DNA from: Gammaproteobacteria bacterium
GTDB taxonomy: Bacteria > Pseudomonadota > Gammaproteobacteria > S144-34
Length of the DNA stretch: 64,000 nucleotides
Direction of reading: 5' to 3'
Assembly: GCA_026989495.1 (NCBI GenBank)
Contig: JALSJE010000021.1
Span: 17,239 to 81,238, forward strand
Under the pieces are notes generated by a model. It saw only the letters and a list, made by a program, of their open reading frames with translations, did no database searches and had not been told where the DNA came from. Below, one piece after another: positions 53,117 to 61,675 of the stretch (position 1 is the first letter of the stretch; every line of letters starts with the position of its first letter). Both the position numbers and the translations under genes were made by a program.

Positions 53117-54868
53117 TCAGGCGCCCACGCCCGGGTTGCCCTCGACGCCCTTGAGGCGCGGGACGTTGAGCTCCTTGATCCTCACGACCTTCTTGTCGCG
53201 CAGGTACTCGGCGACCACGTCCCACACGGGCCGGCCCTCCAGGGGCTTGGCCACGCTCGCCCAGCCCGCGACGGTGTAGGTCTTCTTCGGATCGATGGGC
53301 TGGCCGTCCAGCTCCATGTCGCTGATGCGGTGGCCGATGTCGGCCTCGGGGTCCATGGTGTACCTGAGGCCGCCGACACGCACCATGTCGCCGCCCTGCT
53401 GGTAGTAGGGGTCCTTGTTGAACAGGTTGTCGGCCACGTCCTCGAGGATCATCTTGATCTGCTCGCCCGTCATCTCGTTGAGCGTGACCACCGGGTAGGT
53501 GATGGCGGTCTGGGTCATGACATGCTCGAAGGTGATCGGGTCGCCGGGCAGCACGCTCACGCCCCAGCGGAAGCCGGGAGAGAAGGCGATCTGGGCCCCC
53601 ATCACTTCCATGAGGGCATCGCAGATGAGCTGGTCGAAGGTGCCGTTGAAATTGCCGCGTCGGTAGAGGAGGTCGTCGGTGACGGCGAGCTGCTCCTCGA
53701 GCTTCTCCTTGTAGGGCGCACGCACCTGTTCGATGTAGGCGCTCATGGTCGGGTCCGGCTCGAGGAAGTTCGCGAACACCGGCAGCAGCCTGTAGCGGTA
53801 GTCGCGCACCTTGCCGTCCTTGACGTCGAGGTCCAGCACCGAGAGGAACTTGCCGTTCGAGCCGGAATTGATGACCAGGGTCTTGCCGCCGGGATTGGAG
53901 ACCTCCACCGGGCGCGGCACGGCGTCGTGCGTGTGGCCGCCCATGATGGCGTCGATGCCGCGCACGCGGCTCGCCATCTTGAGGTCCACGTCCATGCCGT
54001 TGTGGGAGAGGACGATGACCACCTGGGCCCCTTTCTCCCGCGCCTCGTCCACCACCTGCTGCATGTCCTCCTCGCGGATGCCGAAGCTCCACTCGGGGAT
54101 GAGGTAGGCGGGGTTGGCGATGGGCGTGTACGGAAAGGCCTGGCCGATGATGGCCACCGGGACCCCGTTGATCTCGCGGATCACGTAGGGCTCGAAGATA
54201 CGCTCGCCCCAGTCCTTGTCCACCACGTTCTGGGCGACGAAGTCGATCTTGCCCTTGAAGTCCTTCTCCACGATCGCCTTCACGCGCTCGGCGCCGAAGG
54301 TGAACTCCCAGTGCGGGCACATGACGTTGACGCCGAGCAGGATCTGGGCGTCCACCATGTCCTGGGCGTTGGACCAGAGCGAGGTGGCCGAGCCCTGCCA
54401 GGTGTCGCCGCCATCCAGCAGCAGCGCCCCGGGCCGCTGCTCGCGGACCTTCTTGACCAGGGTCGCCAGGTGGGCGAAGCCACCTACCTTGCCGTACTTG
54501 CGGGCGAGCTCGACGAAGTCGAGATAGGTGAAGGCATGAGCCTCCGGGGTGCCGGGCTGGATGCCATAGTGCTTGAGGAAGGCCTCGCCCACCAGATGCG
54601 GGGGCTTGCCCCGCATGGAGCCGACGCCGATGTTGTGGCTCGGTTCACGGAAGTAGAGGGGCAGGAGCTGCGCATGGCAGTCGGTGTAGTGCAGCAGGCT
54701 CACGTTGCCGAAGGGCGGCAGCTCGTAGAGGGTGCCCGGGGTCTTGCTCGGCTTTGGCCCGGCGGCGGGCTTCTGCTGGTCCGAGCCAGGCTCGCAGCCG
54801 GCCAGGTTGATCCCGGCCGCGGCCGCCGCCGCCAGGATCTGCATGAACTCACGGCGGGAGATGTTCAT
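53117..54868 (-). CDS. soxB: thiosulfohydrolase SoxB
   Basis: 583 aa with a Tat signal (SRREFMQILAAAAAAG). Dinuclear-Mn metallophosphoesterase/5'-nucleotidase-like fold. Matches SoxB along its length. Confidence 0.9.
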   Translation of the reverse strand: MNISRREFMQILAAAAAAGINLAGCEPGSDQQKPAAGPKPSKTPGTLYELPPFGNVSLLHYTDCHAQLLPLYFREPSHNIGVGSMRGKPPHLVGEAFLKHYGIQPGTPEAHAFTYLDFVELARKYGKVGGFAHLATLVKKVREQRPGALLLDGGDTWQGSATSLWSNAQDMVDAQILLGVNVMCPHWEFTFGAERVKAIVEKDFKGKIDFVAQNVVDKDWGERIFEPYVIREINGVPVAIIGQAFPYTPIANPAYLIPEWSFGIREEDMQQVVDEAREKGAQVVIVLSHNGMDVDLKMASRVRGIDAIMGGHTHDAVPRPVEVSNPGGKTLVINSGSNGKFLSVLDLDVKDGKVRDYRYRLLPVFANFLEPDPTMSAYIEQVRAPYKEKLEEQLAVTDDLLYRRGNFNGTFDQLICDALMEVMGAQIAFSPGFRWGVSVLPGDPITFEHVMTQTAITYPVVTLNEMTGEQIKMILEDVADNLFNKDPYYQQGGDMVRVGGLRYTMDPEADIGHRISDMELDGQPIDPKKTYTVAGWASVAKPLEGRPVWDVVAEYLRDKKVVRIKELNVPRLKGVEGNPGVGA

Positions 54869-55051
54869 CGACGTCCTCCAGGGTCTCGTGCGTTGCCAGG
54901 AAGCGGAAGGCGCGAGCGGGATCGTCGTCGTTGTCGTCGTGATGGCTGGTGCCGTCTGACCGCCCGCAAGCTGCGGCCGATTATAGAAATCGGCACTGCC
55001 GAAGCCAAGCGCCTGACTGAGTGTCCGTGCCTTCGTCCGGTCCGGTTACAG

Positions 55052-55092
55052 GCACAAAAGAAGAGGCCCCGGCACGGGCCGGGGCCTCTCGT
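55052..55092 (-). terminator. intrinsic terminator-like hairpin between soxA and soxB
   Basis: gaggccccggc-acgg-gccggggcctc (11-bp GC stem) followed on the minus strand by uucuuuugug. Confidence 0.45.
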
Positions 55093-55113
55093 GGCCCAAG
55101 GTGCGCCGGCGTG

Positions 55114-55980
55114 TCACATGCGCACGCCGGGCGCGTTGATGGGCAGCCCGTTGCTCATGTAGGTGTGGAAGTACTCCAGCGAGCGGTACTCCACGCTCTG
55201 GGCCTTGAAGGGCTTGGCGCGCACCTGCTTGTTGCAGCCGGTGTAGCGGCGCTGGATGGTGCCGAAGCCGGCCAGCGCGCCGCTGCCCTTGGCCTCCCAC
55301 TTCTTGCGGTAGGCAGGAAAATGGGTCACCTGGCCGAGGGCGGGGCTCAGCAGGTTGGCGCGGATGCGACGACCGGGATTGGCCACGTGACAGTCGGCGC
55401 AGGAGAAGTTGAGCTGGCCGCGCTTGGCGTAGAAGAAGCGCTTGCCGCGCTCATACCAGGCAAGCGCGTCCGGGTCGTCCTCCGGCACAACGACATTGAT
55501 GCGCTTGCCCCGCGAGAGGTAGCCGATGTAGGCGGAGACCGCCGCCAGCTTGCCCTTCTTCCACTTGTAGGGCTTCTCGCCGTTGGCCTTGCGGCACTCG
55601 TTGATGGCGAGCTCGAGCGTGATCACCTCCTTGCGCTTCGGATCCCAGTAGGGGTAGTTCTGCTTGATGCCCTTCTCGGCGTCGGGGAAGCAGTCGGCGA
55701 GCGATTTGCCGTTCTTGAATTTCTTGTAGAACTCGGCCTTGCCGATGTCGAGCCCCAGCTCGTAGGGCGGGAACTCTTCCATCTGCTCCCACTCGGCACG
55801 CATGCCGGCATCGATGGCATAGACGCCATTGGCGAACTCGTCCAGCGGCACGCCGGGGAAGCGTTTCATGTAATACTCCCGGAATGCCTTGAGGTCCTCC
55901 TTCGGGCCGGCCTGGGCGAGAAGCGGGGCGCCTGCCGCCAGGCCCGCCGCGGCAGCCAGGATCAGAGTCTTGCTCTTCAT
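55114..55980 (-). CDS. soxA: diheme cytochrome c SoxA
   Basis: 288 aa with a signal peptide and CADCH heme motif. Matches the SoxA family. Confidence 0.9.
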   Translation of the reverse strand: MKSKTLILAAAAGLAAGAPLLAQAGPKEDLKAFREYYMKRFPGVPLDEFANGVYAIDAGMRAEWEQMEEFPPYELGLDIGKAEFYKKFKNGKSLADCFPDAEKGIKQNYPYWDPKRKEVITLELAINECRKANGEKPYKWKKGKLAAVSAYIGYLSRGKRINVVVPEDDPDALAWYERGKRFFYAKRGQLNFSCADCHVANPGRRIRANLLSPALGQVTHFPAYRKKWEAKGSGALAGFGTIQRRYTGCNKQVRAKPFKAQSVEYRSLEYFHTYMSNGLPINAPGVRM

Positions 55981-56033
55981 GGTTCGTCTCTCCTTATGTT
56001 TCGTTATCGAGACCGTCGGGGTGGCGGGTGCCG

Positions 56034-56348
56034 TCAGCGGATGACGGCCTCCCTGGAGTCGCTCTGGCCCTTGTTGTCCTTCCAGCTCAGCTTCACCTTC
56101 TCTCCCTTCTTCCCGCCCGTGAACTTGAACGAGATATACGGGTTCTTCGAGATCGCCGGACCCCAGTGCGCCGTCAGCACCTCCTTGCCCTCGTGCTCGG
56201 CCTTCACCTCCTGAATGTAATGCGCCGGAATCTTCTTCCCCGTCTTCTTGTCCTTGCGCTGACCCGTCTCCATCGGATGCGCCATCAGCGCCTTCACCAC
56301 CACCACACCATTGCGCTCGGTCGCGCGAATCTTGATCGTCGACGCCAT
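56034..56348 (-). CDS. soxZ: thiosulfate-binding protein SoxZ
   Basis: 104 aa (MASTIKIRA...) matching the SoxZ family. Confidence 0.85.
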   Translation of the reverse strand: MASTIKIRATERNGVVVVKALMAHPMETGQRKDKKTGKKIPAHYIQEVKAEHEGKEVLTAHWGPAISKNPYISFKFTGGKKGEKVKLSWKDNKGQSDSREAVIR

Positions 56349-56379
56349 CGCTCAGTCCTCCTCTCGCTCCAGACCCCGA

Positions 56380-56850
56380 TCAGCCACCACAGCCACCAAT
56401 CGTCACCTTCACCTCCTTGCGCGCACTGTAGAGCTTGCCTCCCGCCTGCACCACCGCAATCACGTCCGAGGTCTTGCCCATCTTGATGCGCGTCGACACA
56501 TAACCCTGCGCATTCGCAGCCAGATCATAGCTCGAGGTCAGAGGCTGCGGGTTCTTCTCCACGAAGATCGCCATGCGCTCCACGCCCCCAAGCCCGGCCG
56601 ACACCGTCACCGGCACCACCGCACCGTTCTCGGCGATGTCCGGCGCCTTCACCCTCACCTTCCCGGAGGCCTCCGTCAGATCGCTCCCCACCAGCGCCTT
56701 CAGCGCATCCTGCACCGACTTCGCCTCGAACGCCGTCTGCGGCCACGCCGCCAGCACCCTCCGCGGCGCCAGCAGCCCACTGCCCACCGCCACACCAACG
56801 GCTCCCACCGCCAGCGTGCCCTTCAGAAAGGTCCTGCGCTTGCTGTCCAC
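56380..56850 (-). CDS. soxY: sulfur carrier protein SoxY
   Basis: 156 aa with a Tat-like signal (KRRTFLKG). The C-terminus is GGCGG, carrying the substrate-binding Cys. Confidence 0.9.
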   Translation of the reverse strand: MDSKRRTFLKGTLAVGAVGVAVGSGLLAPRRVLAAWPQTAFEAKSVQDALKALVGSDLTEASGKVRVKAPDIAENGAVVPVTVSAGLGGVERMAIFVEKNPQPLTSSYDLAANAQGYVSTRIKMGKTSDVIAVVQAGGKLYSARKEVKVTIGGCGG

Positions 56851-56908
56851 TTTCGTTCTACCTCCGGAACCGAGTGCTTGCGAAAATTTCCCGAGCCTTG
56901 CCTGCCGT

Positions 56909-57292
56909 TCAGAGAGTCCAGATGAACTCCACCACCTTGTCGATCTCGTCTTCGGTCAGGATCTTGTGGCGGCCGAAGGGTGGCATGGACGTGTTGGGAT
57001 TGCGCTTGGTCGCGTCCCAGATCTGCTCGCGCAGCGCCTGCTTGCTGGGGAAGCGCTGCTTCATGGCCACCAGCGGCGGGCCGATGTTGCCCGGCAGCGT
57101 GCCGCCCGCGATCTGATGGCAGGCGAGGCAGTTGCCCTTCTTGCGGTTGAAGGCGATCTGCTTGCCCTGCTCGACCACCGACAGGGCCTTCTTCTTCTCG
57201 GCGGCCACGGCCGGGTCCGAAGTGAGGGCCAGGCTGCCGAGCAGCGTGGCCGCGGAGACGGCCGTGGTGATCAGCGTCGCGGCTTTGCGCAT
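56909..57292 (-). CDS. soxX: monoheme cytochrome c SoxX
   Basis: 127 aa with a signal peptide and CLACH heme motif. Confidence 0.85.
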   Translation of the reverse strand: MRKAATLITTAVSAATLLGSLALTSDPAVAAEKKKALSVVEQGKQIAFNRKKGNCLACHQIAGGTLPGNIGPPLVAMKQRFPSKQALREQIWDATKRNPNTSMPPFGRHKILTEDEIDKVVEFIWTL

Positions 57293-57541
57293 GGGATGGT
57301 CCTCCTGGTTCTTCTCGTCGTCGTTGTTGTGTGTTTGGGAGAGATGTCGCGCTGCACCCCGCCAGCCGGCCCGCCGCCCGCCTCGGCGCGGGCCACGATG
57401 CGCGCGGGTAGCGCGTCACGGTGGTGCTGCGTGGGCAATAAGGATACTCAAAAGACGTCCGAACACAAGCGGAATCCCTTGTGCGGTCAGTAAATTAGCG
57501 CGGAGTAATATTCGGGAATACCCCACGCCGGGCGTGTCGGC

Positions 57542-58987
57542 TCAGGGGTGACGCGCCTGCATGGCGCGGGCGTAGTCCTTGATCTCCCCGAGCCGGGCGC
57601 GGATGCGGGAGGCTTCGTAGTAATCCGAGCGGGCCAGGCGTAGCGCCTGCTCGAGCTGCTGGATGGCGGCGTCGACCTGGCCGTTGAGGAAATAGACCTC
57701 GGCCTGGGCCCGATGGGCCTCGGCCCGGTGCCCTGCGGCCTCGGCGACCCGGGCGTACAGGGCGTACAGGCCGGGATCGTCCGTCTCCGGCCGGATCAGA
57801 GGCTGCAGCCGCTTGCGCGCCTGTTCGGGCCGGCCTGCCTCCAGGAGCGCTTCGGCATGGGCGCGCACGAGCAGCGGATTGCCTGGATAGAGGCGCAGGC
57901 TCTGCTCGAGGAGCGCCAGCGCCGCGGCCTTGCGCCCTGCCTCGAGGCGCGCCCGCGCCAGACCGATCCGGTACAGGATCCGGTCCGGGTCCTCATGCTG
58001 TAGCGCCATGAGGATGCGCTCGGCCTCGGCGGCTTTCCCCCGGCGCAGGAGCGCGAGCGCGAGGCCGTAGCGGGCCGCCGCCGTCACGGCATGGGTGCCG
58101 GTGGCGACGGCCTTGCGGAAACGGCTCTCCACCGCGGCCGCATCCTCAGCGGTGAGCACCTCCACGCGAGCGCGCACGAGCTGGTAGGCCAGGCGGTCCT
58201 GTCGGCCCTTCGTCCGCGGCGGGATGCGGGCGCGCGCGTCGGCGATGCGGGAAGGGGTGACGGGGTGGGTGCTCAGGAACTCGGGGGGCTCACCCCCGTA
58301 AAGGCTGCGCTCGCGCTGCAGCCGGCCGAAGAAGCGCACCAGGCCCTCGGGCGAGATGCCTGCCCGCAGCAGGATCTCGATGCCGATGCGGTCGGCCTCG
58401 CGCTCGTTGGCGCGGGTGAAGTTGACCCGGTGCTGGGCGAGCCCCGCCATGCCCGCCGCGAGCGCCGCTTCGCCGGCCTCGGGGCTGCGCGCGCCCAGCA
58501 GGGCGGCCGCAAGCAGGGCCGCGGCCGCGGGCAGGGTCATGCGCCGTGCCTCGTCGAAGGTGCGCGCCAGGTGACGCTGCGTCACGTGCGCCATCTCGTG
58601 GGCCAGGACACCGGCCAGCTCCGACTCGCGCTCGGCGGCGAGGATGAGGCCGGCATGCACGCCGATGTGGCCCCCCGGGGCGGCGAAGGCATTGATGCTG
58701 CGGTCGCGCACCAGAAAGAAGGTGAAGGCCGGGGCGGGCTCGCCGGCGGCGGCCACGAGCTCCGCACCCAGGCCGCGCAGGTAGGTGAGGGCGGGTGGGT
58801 CCTCCAGCACCAGGCGCTTGCGCCGCAGCTCCTGCAGCAGGGCCTGGCCGATGCGCCGCTCCGCCGCGGGAGAGAGTGCCTGGCCGGCCGGGTCGCCGAT
58901 GTCGGGGAGGGCCGGGCTGGCTGGCGGGCCCCACCCCGTGATGAACGCGGCCAGCAGGAGCAGGATCTGTGGTGCGGCAGGTCTCAC
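57542..58987 (-). CDS. bepA: M48-family periplasmic metalloprotease with TPR repeats (BepA/YfgC-like)
   Basis: 481 aa with a signal peptide, HEMAHV zinc motif and a C-terminal TPR region. Confidence 0.8.
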   Translation of the reverse strand: MRPAAPQILLLLAAFITGWGPPASPALPDIGDPAGQALSPAAERRIGQALLQELRRKRLVLEDPPALTYLRGLGAELVAAAGEPAPAFTFFLVRDRSINAFAAPGGHIGVHAGLILAAERESELAGVLAHEMAHVTQRHLARTFDEARRMTLPAAAALLAAALLGARSPEAGEAALAAGMAGLAQHRVNFTRANEREADRIGIEILLRAGISPEGLVRFFGRLQRERSLYGGEPPEFLSTHPVTPSRIADARARIPPRTKGRQDRLAYQLVRARVEVLTAEDAAAVESRFRKAVATGTHAVTAAARYGLALALLRRGKAAEAERILMALQHEDPDRILYRIGLARARLEAGRKAAALALLEQSLRLYPGNPLLVRAHAEALLEAGRPEQARKRLQPLIRPETDDPGLYALYARVAEAAGHRAEAHRAQAEVYFLNGQVDAAIQQLEQALRLARSDYYEASRIRARLGEIKDYARAMQARHP

Positions 58988-59040
58988 CGTTCGTGAGACC
59001 TACCTTATTACACGCAGGTTCCCCGGGAAAGGAGCCGGCG

Positions 59041-59349
59041 TTACTTGCCGAGCGCGGGCGAGGAGGCGTAGAGCGCCATGCGGTCGCGGTCGCGCCAGCT
59101 GTCGGCGCTCAGCAGCGCCTCGGGCACGGCATAGGTGTGGACGGGATCGGCCGGCACCTCCTGCACGATTCGGATCACCTGCTCATAGGGGATCTTGAGC
59201 AGCAGGGCGTCCTGGTCGGTGCGCCGGGCGATCATGAAGCCGTCGTGCAACCGGTAGACATAGATGTTGGCGGGGCGCAGGCGTCCGGTCTCCGGATCCT
59301 TCAGTGTGACCACGTAGCGGGTCCGCTCTTTGAAGTCCTCGCGTCTCAC
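59041..59349 (-). CDS. hypothetical protein (about 102 aa)
   Basis: GTG start with a GGAGGG RBS 8 nt upstream. It resembles no family I can name. Confidence 0.4.
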   Translation of the reverse strand: MRREDFKERTRYVVTLKDPETGRLRPANIYVYRLHDGFMIARRTDQDALLLKIPYEQVIRIVQEVPADPVHTYAVPEALLSADSWRDRDRMALYASSPALGK

Positions 59350-59439
59350 GATGGCTGCCCTCCGGTCCGACGCCCGGAATGTGCGGGCCGGAGCGCGCGC
59401 CGTCAAGGTCTGCATCCCCCGGCACGGAATGGCCCCGGA

Positions 59440-59540
59440 CCGTGCGTCAAAATTACTTGACTGAAATATTAAGATATTATCAAATATTGGTCATCGTCAA
59501 ATTCAGGCCCCCAAGGGGAGAGGACAAGGGGAGAGGAGCT
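59440..59540 (+). promoter_or_regulatory. AT-rich promoter/operator island upstream of rhd-tusA-dsrE3 (sHdr cluster)
   Basis: tcaaaattacTTGACTgaaatattaagatattatcaaatattggtcatcgtcaaattcagg lies in a 70% GC genome. It contains a TTGACT -35-like hexamer and a repeated tcaaat half-site. Confidence 0.3.
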
Positions 59541-59885
59541 GTGCAGTACGGGATTCCCGAGATCGACGTGGCGACTTTGGATGCCTGGCGGGCGGCAGGC
59601 CGCCCGGTGCGGCTGGTGGACGTGCGGACGGCCCCCGAGGTGGCGCAGGGCATCATTCCCGGCGCCGAGCCTCTGCCGCTGCACCTGCTGCCCCTGCGGC
59701 ATCGGGAGCTCGAGGGCACGGAGCCTCTTGTCCTCTACTGCCGCAGCGGGGCGCGGTCGGCGCAGGCGGTCTCCTGGCTCATGGGCCAGGGCCGGCGGGA
59801 GGTCTACAACCTGAGCGGCGGCATCCTGGCCTGGACGCGGACCGGCCGGGCGCTGGAGCTGCCGACCCGCGTCGCCGCGGTGTGA
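59541..59885 (+). CDS. single-domain rhodanese-like sulfurtransferase
   Basis: 114 aa. GTG start with a [12 protein letters not shown] and active-site loop CRSGARS. Confidence 0.8.
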   Translation: MQYGIPEIDVATLDAWRAAGRPVRLVDVRTAPEVAQGIIPGAEPLPLHLLPLRHRELEGTEPLVLYCRSGARSAQAVSWLMGQGRREVYNLSGGILAWTRTGRALELPTRVAAV

Positions 59886-59978
59886 GCACGCTTGCGTCAC
59901 CCGGTGGCATGTCATATAAGAGTTACGCTCCATTCTAAATTCCCCATTCACCCTGGCGGCTGAAGAAAGGAGTGAGAC

Positions 59979-60209
59979 ATGGCGAACTGGGATCAGGAGC
60001 TCGACGCAAGCGGCCTCAACTGCCCGCTGCCGATCCTGCGTGCGAAGAAGGCGCTCGCGGGCATGCAGAGCGGTCAGGTGCTGCGTATCATCGCCACCGA
60101 CCCCGGCTCCGTGAAGGACTTCGAGGCCTTCGCCAAGCAGACGGGTCACGAGCTGCTCGAGTCGAAGGAGGAGGGGGGCAAGTTCCACTTCCTCATCAAG
60201 AAGGCCTGA
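59979..60209 (+). CDS. tusA: TusA-family sulfur carrier protein
   Basis: 76 aa with GLNCPLPIL (the CPxP motif). Confidence 0.85.
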   Translation: MANWDQELDASGLNCPLPILRAKKALAGMQSGQVLRIIATDPGSVKDFEAFAKQTGHELLESKEEGGKFHFLIKKA

Positions 60210-60276
60210 GCCCTTGCGGCCAGGCCTTTTTCTTGCAGACGGCACCTGACCATAACAACACCGGGGAGGGTAGAGA

Positions 60277-60762
60277 ATGTCTGACGAGCAGAAGAAGCTG
60301 GCCATCATCGCGACCAAGGGCACCCTGGACTGGGCCTACCCTCCGTTCATCCTGGCCTCCACCGCGGCGGCGCTCGGCTACGAGTGCCAGATCTTCTTCA
60401 CCTTCTATGGGCTGAACCTGCTCAAGAAGAAGCTCAACCTGAAGGTGAGCTCCCTGGGCAACCCGGGGATGCCCATGCCCATGGGCATGGACAAGTGGTT
60501 CCCGGTGCTGTTCCAGGCCCTGCCCGGCATGGAGGCGATGATGAGCGCCATGATGAAGGCCAAGATGAAGGCCAAGGGCGTGGCCAGCGTGGAGGAGCTG
60601 CGCACGATGTGCCAGGAGGCGGACGTCAAGCTCATCGCCTGCCAGATGACGGTGGACCTGTTCGACATGGATCCGTCACAGTTCATCGACGGCATCGAGT
60701 TCGGCGGCGCGGCGACCTTCTTCGAGTTCGCAGGCGAATCGGACATCTGCCTGTTCATCTGA
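60277..60762 (+). CDS. DsrE/DsrF-like family protein (DsrE3-type)
   Basis: 161 aa resembling the DsrE fold. The rhd-tusA-dsrE3 position ahead of hdrC1B1A matches sHdr clusters. Confidence 0.7.
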   Translation: MSDEQKKLAIIATKGTLDWAYPPFILASTAAALGYECQIFFTFYGLNLLKKKLNLKVSSLGNPGMPMPMGMDKWFPVLFQALPGMEAMMSAMMKAKMKAKGVASVEELRTMCQEADVKLIACQMTVDLFDMDPSQFIDGIEFGGAATFFEFAGESDICLFI

Positions 60763-60773
60763 GAGGGATTCCC

Positions 60774-60805
60774 GGGGCCGCCCGCGTGCGGGCGGCCCCT
60801 TCGGA
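60774..60805 (+). terminator. GC hairpin downstream of dsrE3
   Basis: ggggccgccc-gcgtgc-gggcggcccc followed by ttcgg. The U-tract is weak. Confidence 0.35.
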
Positions 60806-60939
60806 CCGCGGCTGGCGCCGCGGTTCCTTGTGGGCGTATACTTGAGTAAAATACTCGGAAATTGCCGCACGGCAAAAGGGGTAGGATGAGGCGGACGCGA
60901 GCGCTGCGGCTGCCCGCCCGAGCCGAGGGGTGAGAGGAC

Positions 60940-61623
60940 ATGGCGACCTACGCCGAGATGCAGCAGATCTACGAGGACATCCGTAGCGACTTCCGCTACG
61001 ACCACGAGCTCAACGGCTGCCTCAACTGCGGGATCTGCACCGCCACCTGCCCATCCGCGCAGTTCTACGACTACAGCCCGCGCGAGATCGTGCAGCTGCT
61101 CTGGACCGAGAACGTCGAGCAGATCTACGACGCCATGCAGGAGAAGATCTGGGCCTGTGCCCAGTGCATGACCTGCGCGGCGCGCTGCCCCTTCAAGAAC
61201 TCCCCTGGCGGGCTCGTGGCCATCATGCGCGAGGTCGCCATCAAGCACGGGCTGCAGTCGGCCAAGGACGTGCTGCGGCCCTTCGGGCGGGTGATGCTCA
61301 AGCTCATCACCACGGGCAACCAGCTCTCGCCCGACATGATCCAGCCCGACCACTTCCCGGACTGGGGCCCCAACATCCAGAAGGTCGAGGGCGACCTCAG
61401 GACCCTGCGCAAGGCCATCCCGCTCAAGACCCTGCAGACGGTGGAGACCGCCTGGGAGGTCTCCCTCAAGACCTCGGTGGAGATGTACACGATCTGGGAG
61501 ATGACCGGGGTCCTGACCGCCCTGGAGCAGATGGACGAGAACCTCTTCGATGTGATCGAGGACTTCATCGACGAGAAGAAGGAAGAGTACGAGGAGTGGC
61601 TCGAGGAGCAGGAGGAGGACTGA
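60940..61623 (+). CDS. hdrC1: heterodisulfide reductase subunit C-like protein (sHdrC1)
   Basis: 227 aa with two 4Fe-4S motifs (CLNCGICTATCP and CAQCMTCAARCP) and an acidic C-terminus. Confidence 0.8.
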   Translation: MATYAEMQQIYEDIRSDFRYDHELNGCLNCGICTATCPSAQFYDYSPREIVQLLWTENVEQIYDAMQEKIWACAQCMTCAARCPFKNSPGGLVAIMREVAIKHGLQSAKDVLRPFGRVMLKLITTGNQLSPDMIQPDHFPDWGPNIQKVEGDLRTLRKAIPLKTLQTVETAWEVSLKTSVEMYTIWEMTGVLTALEQMDENLFDVIEDFIDEKKEEYEEWLEEQEED

Positions 61624-61675
61624 GACCGGGCCAAGCCGGCCCAGCCACGCGTGAAACCCGACGGAGGCACGCACC

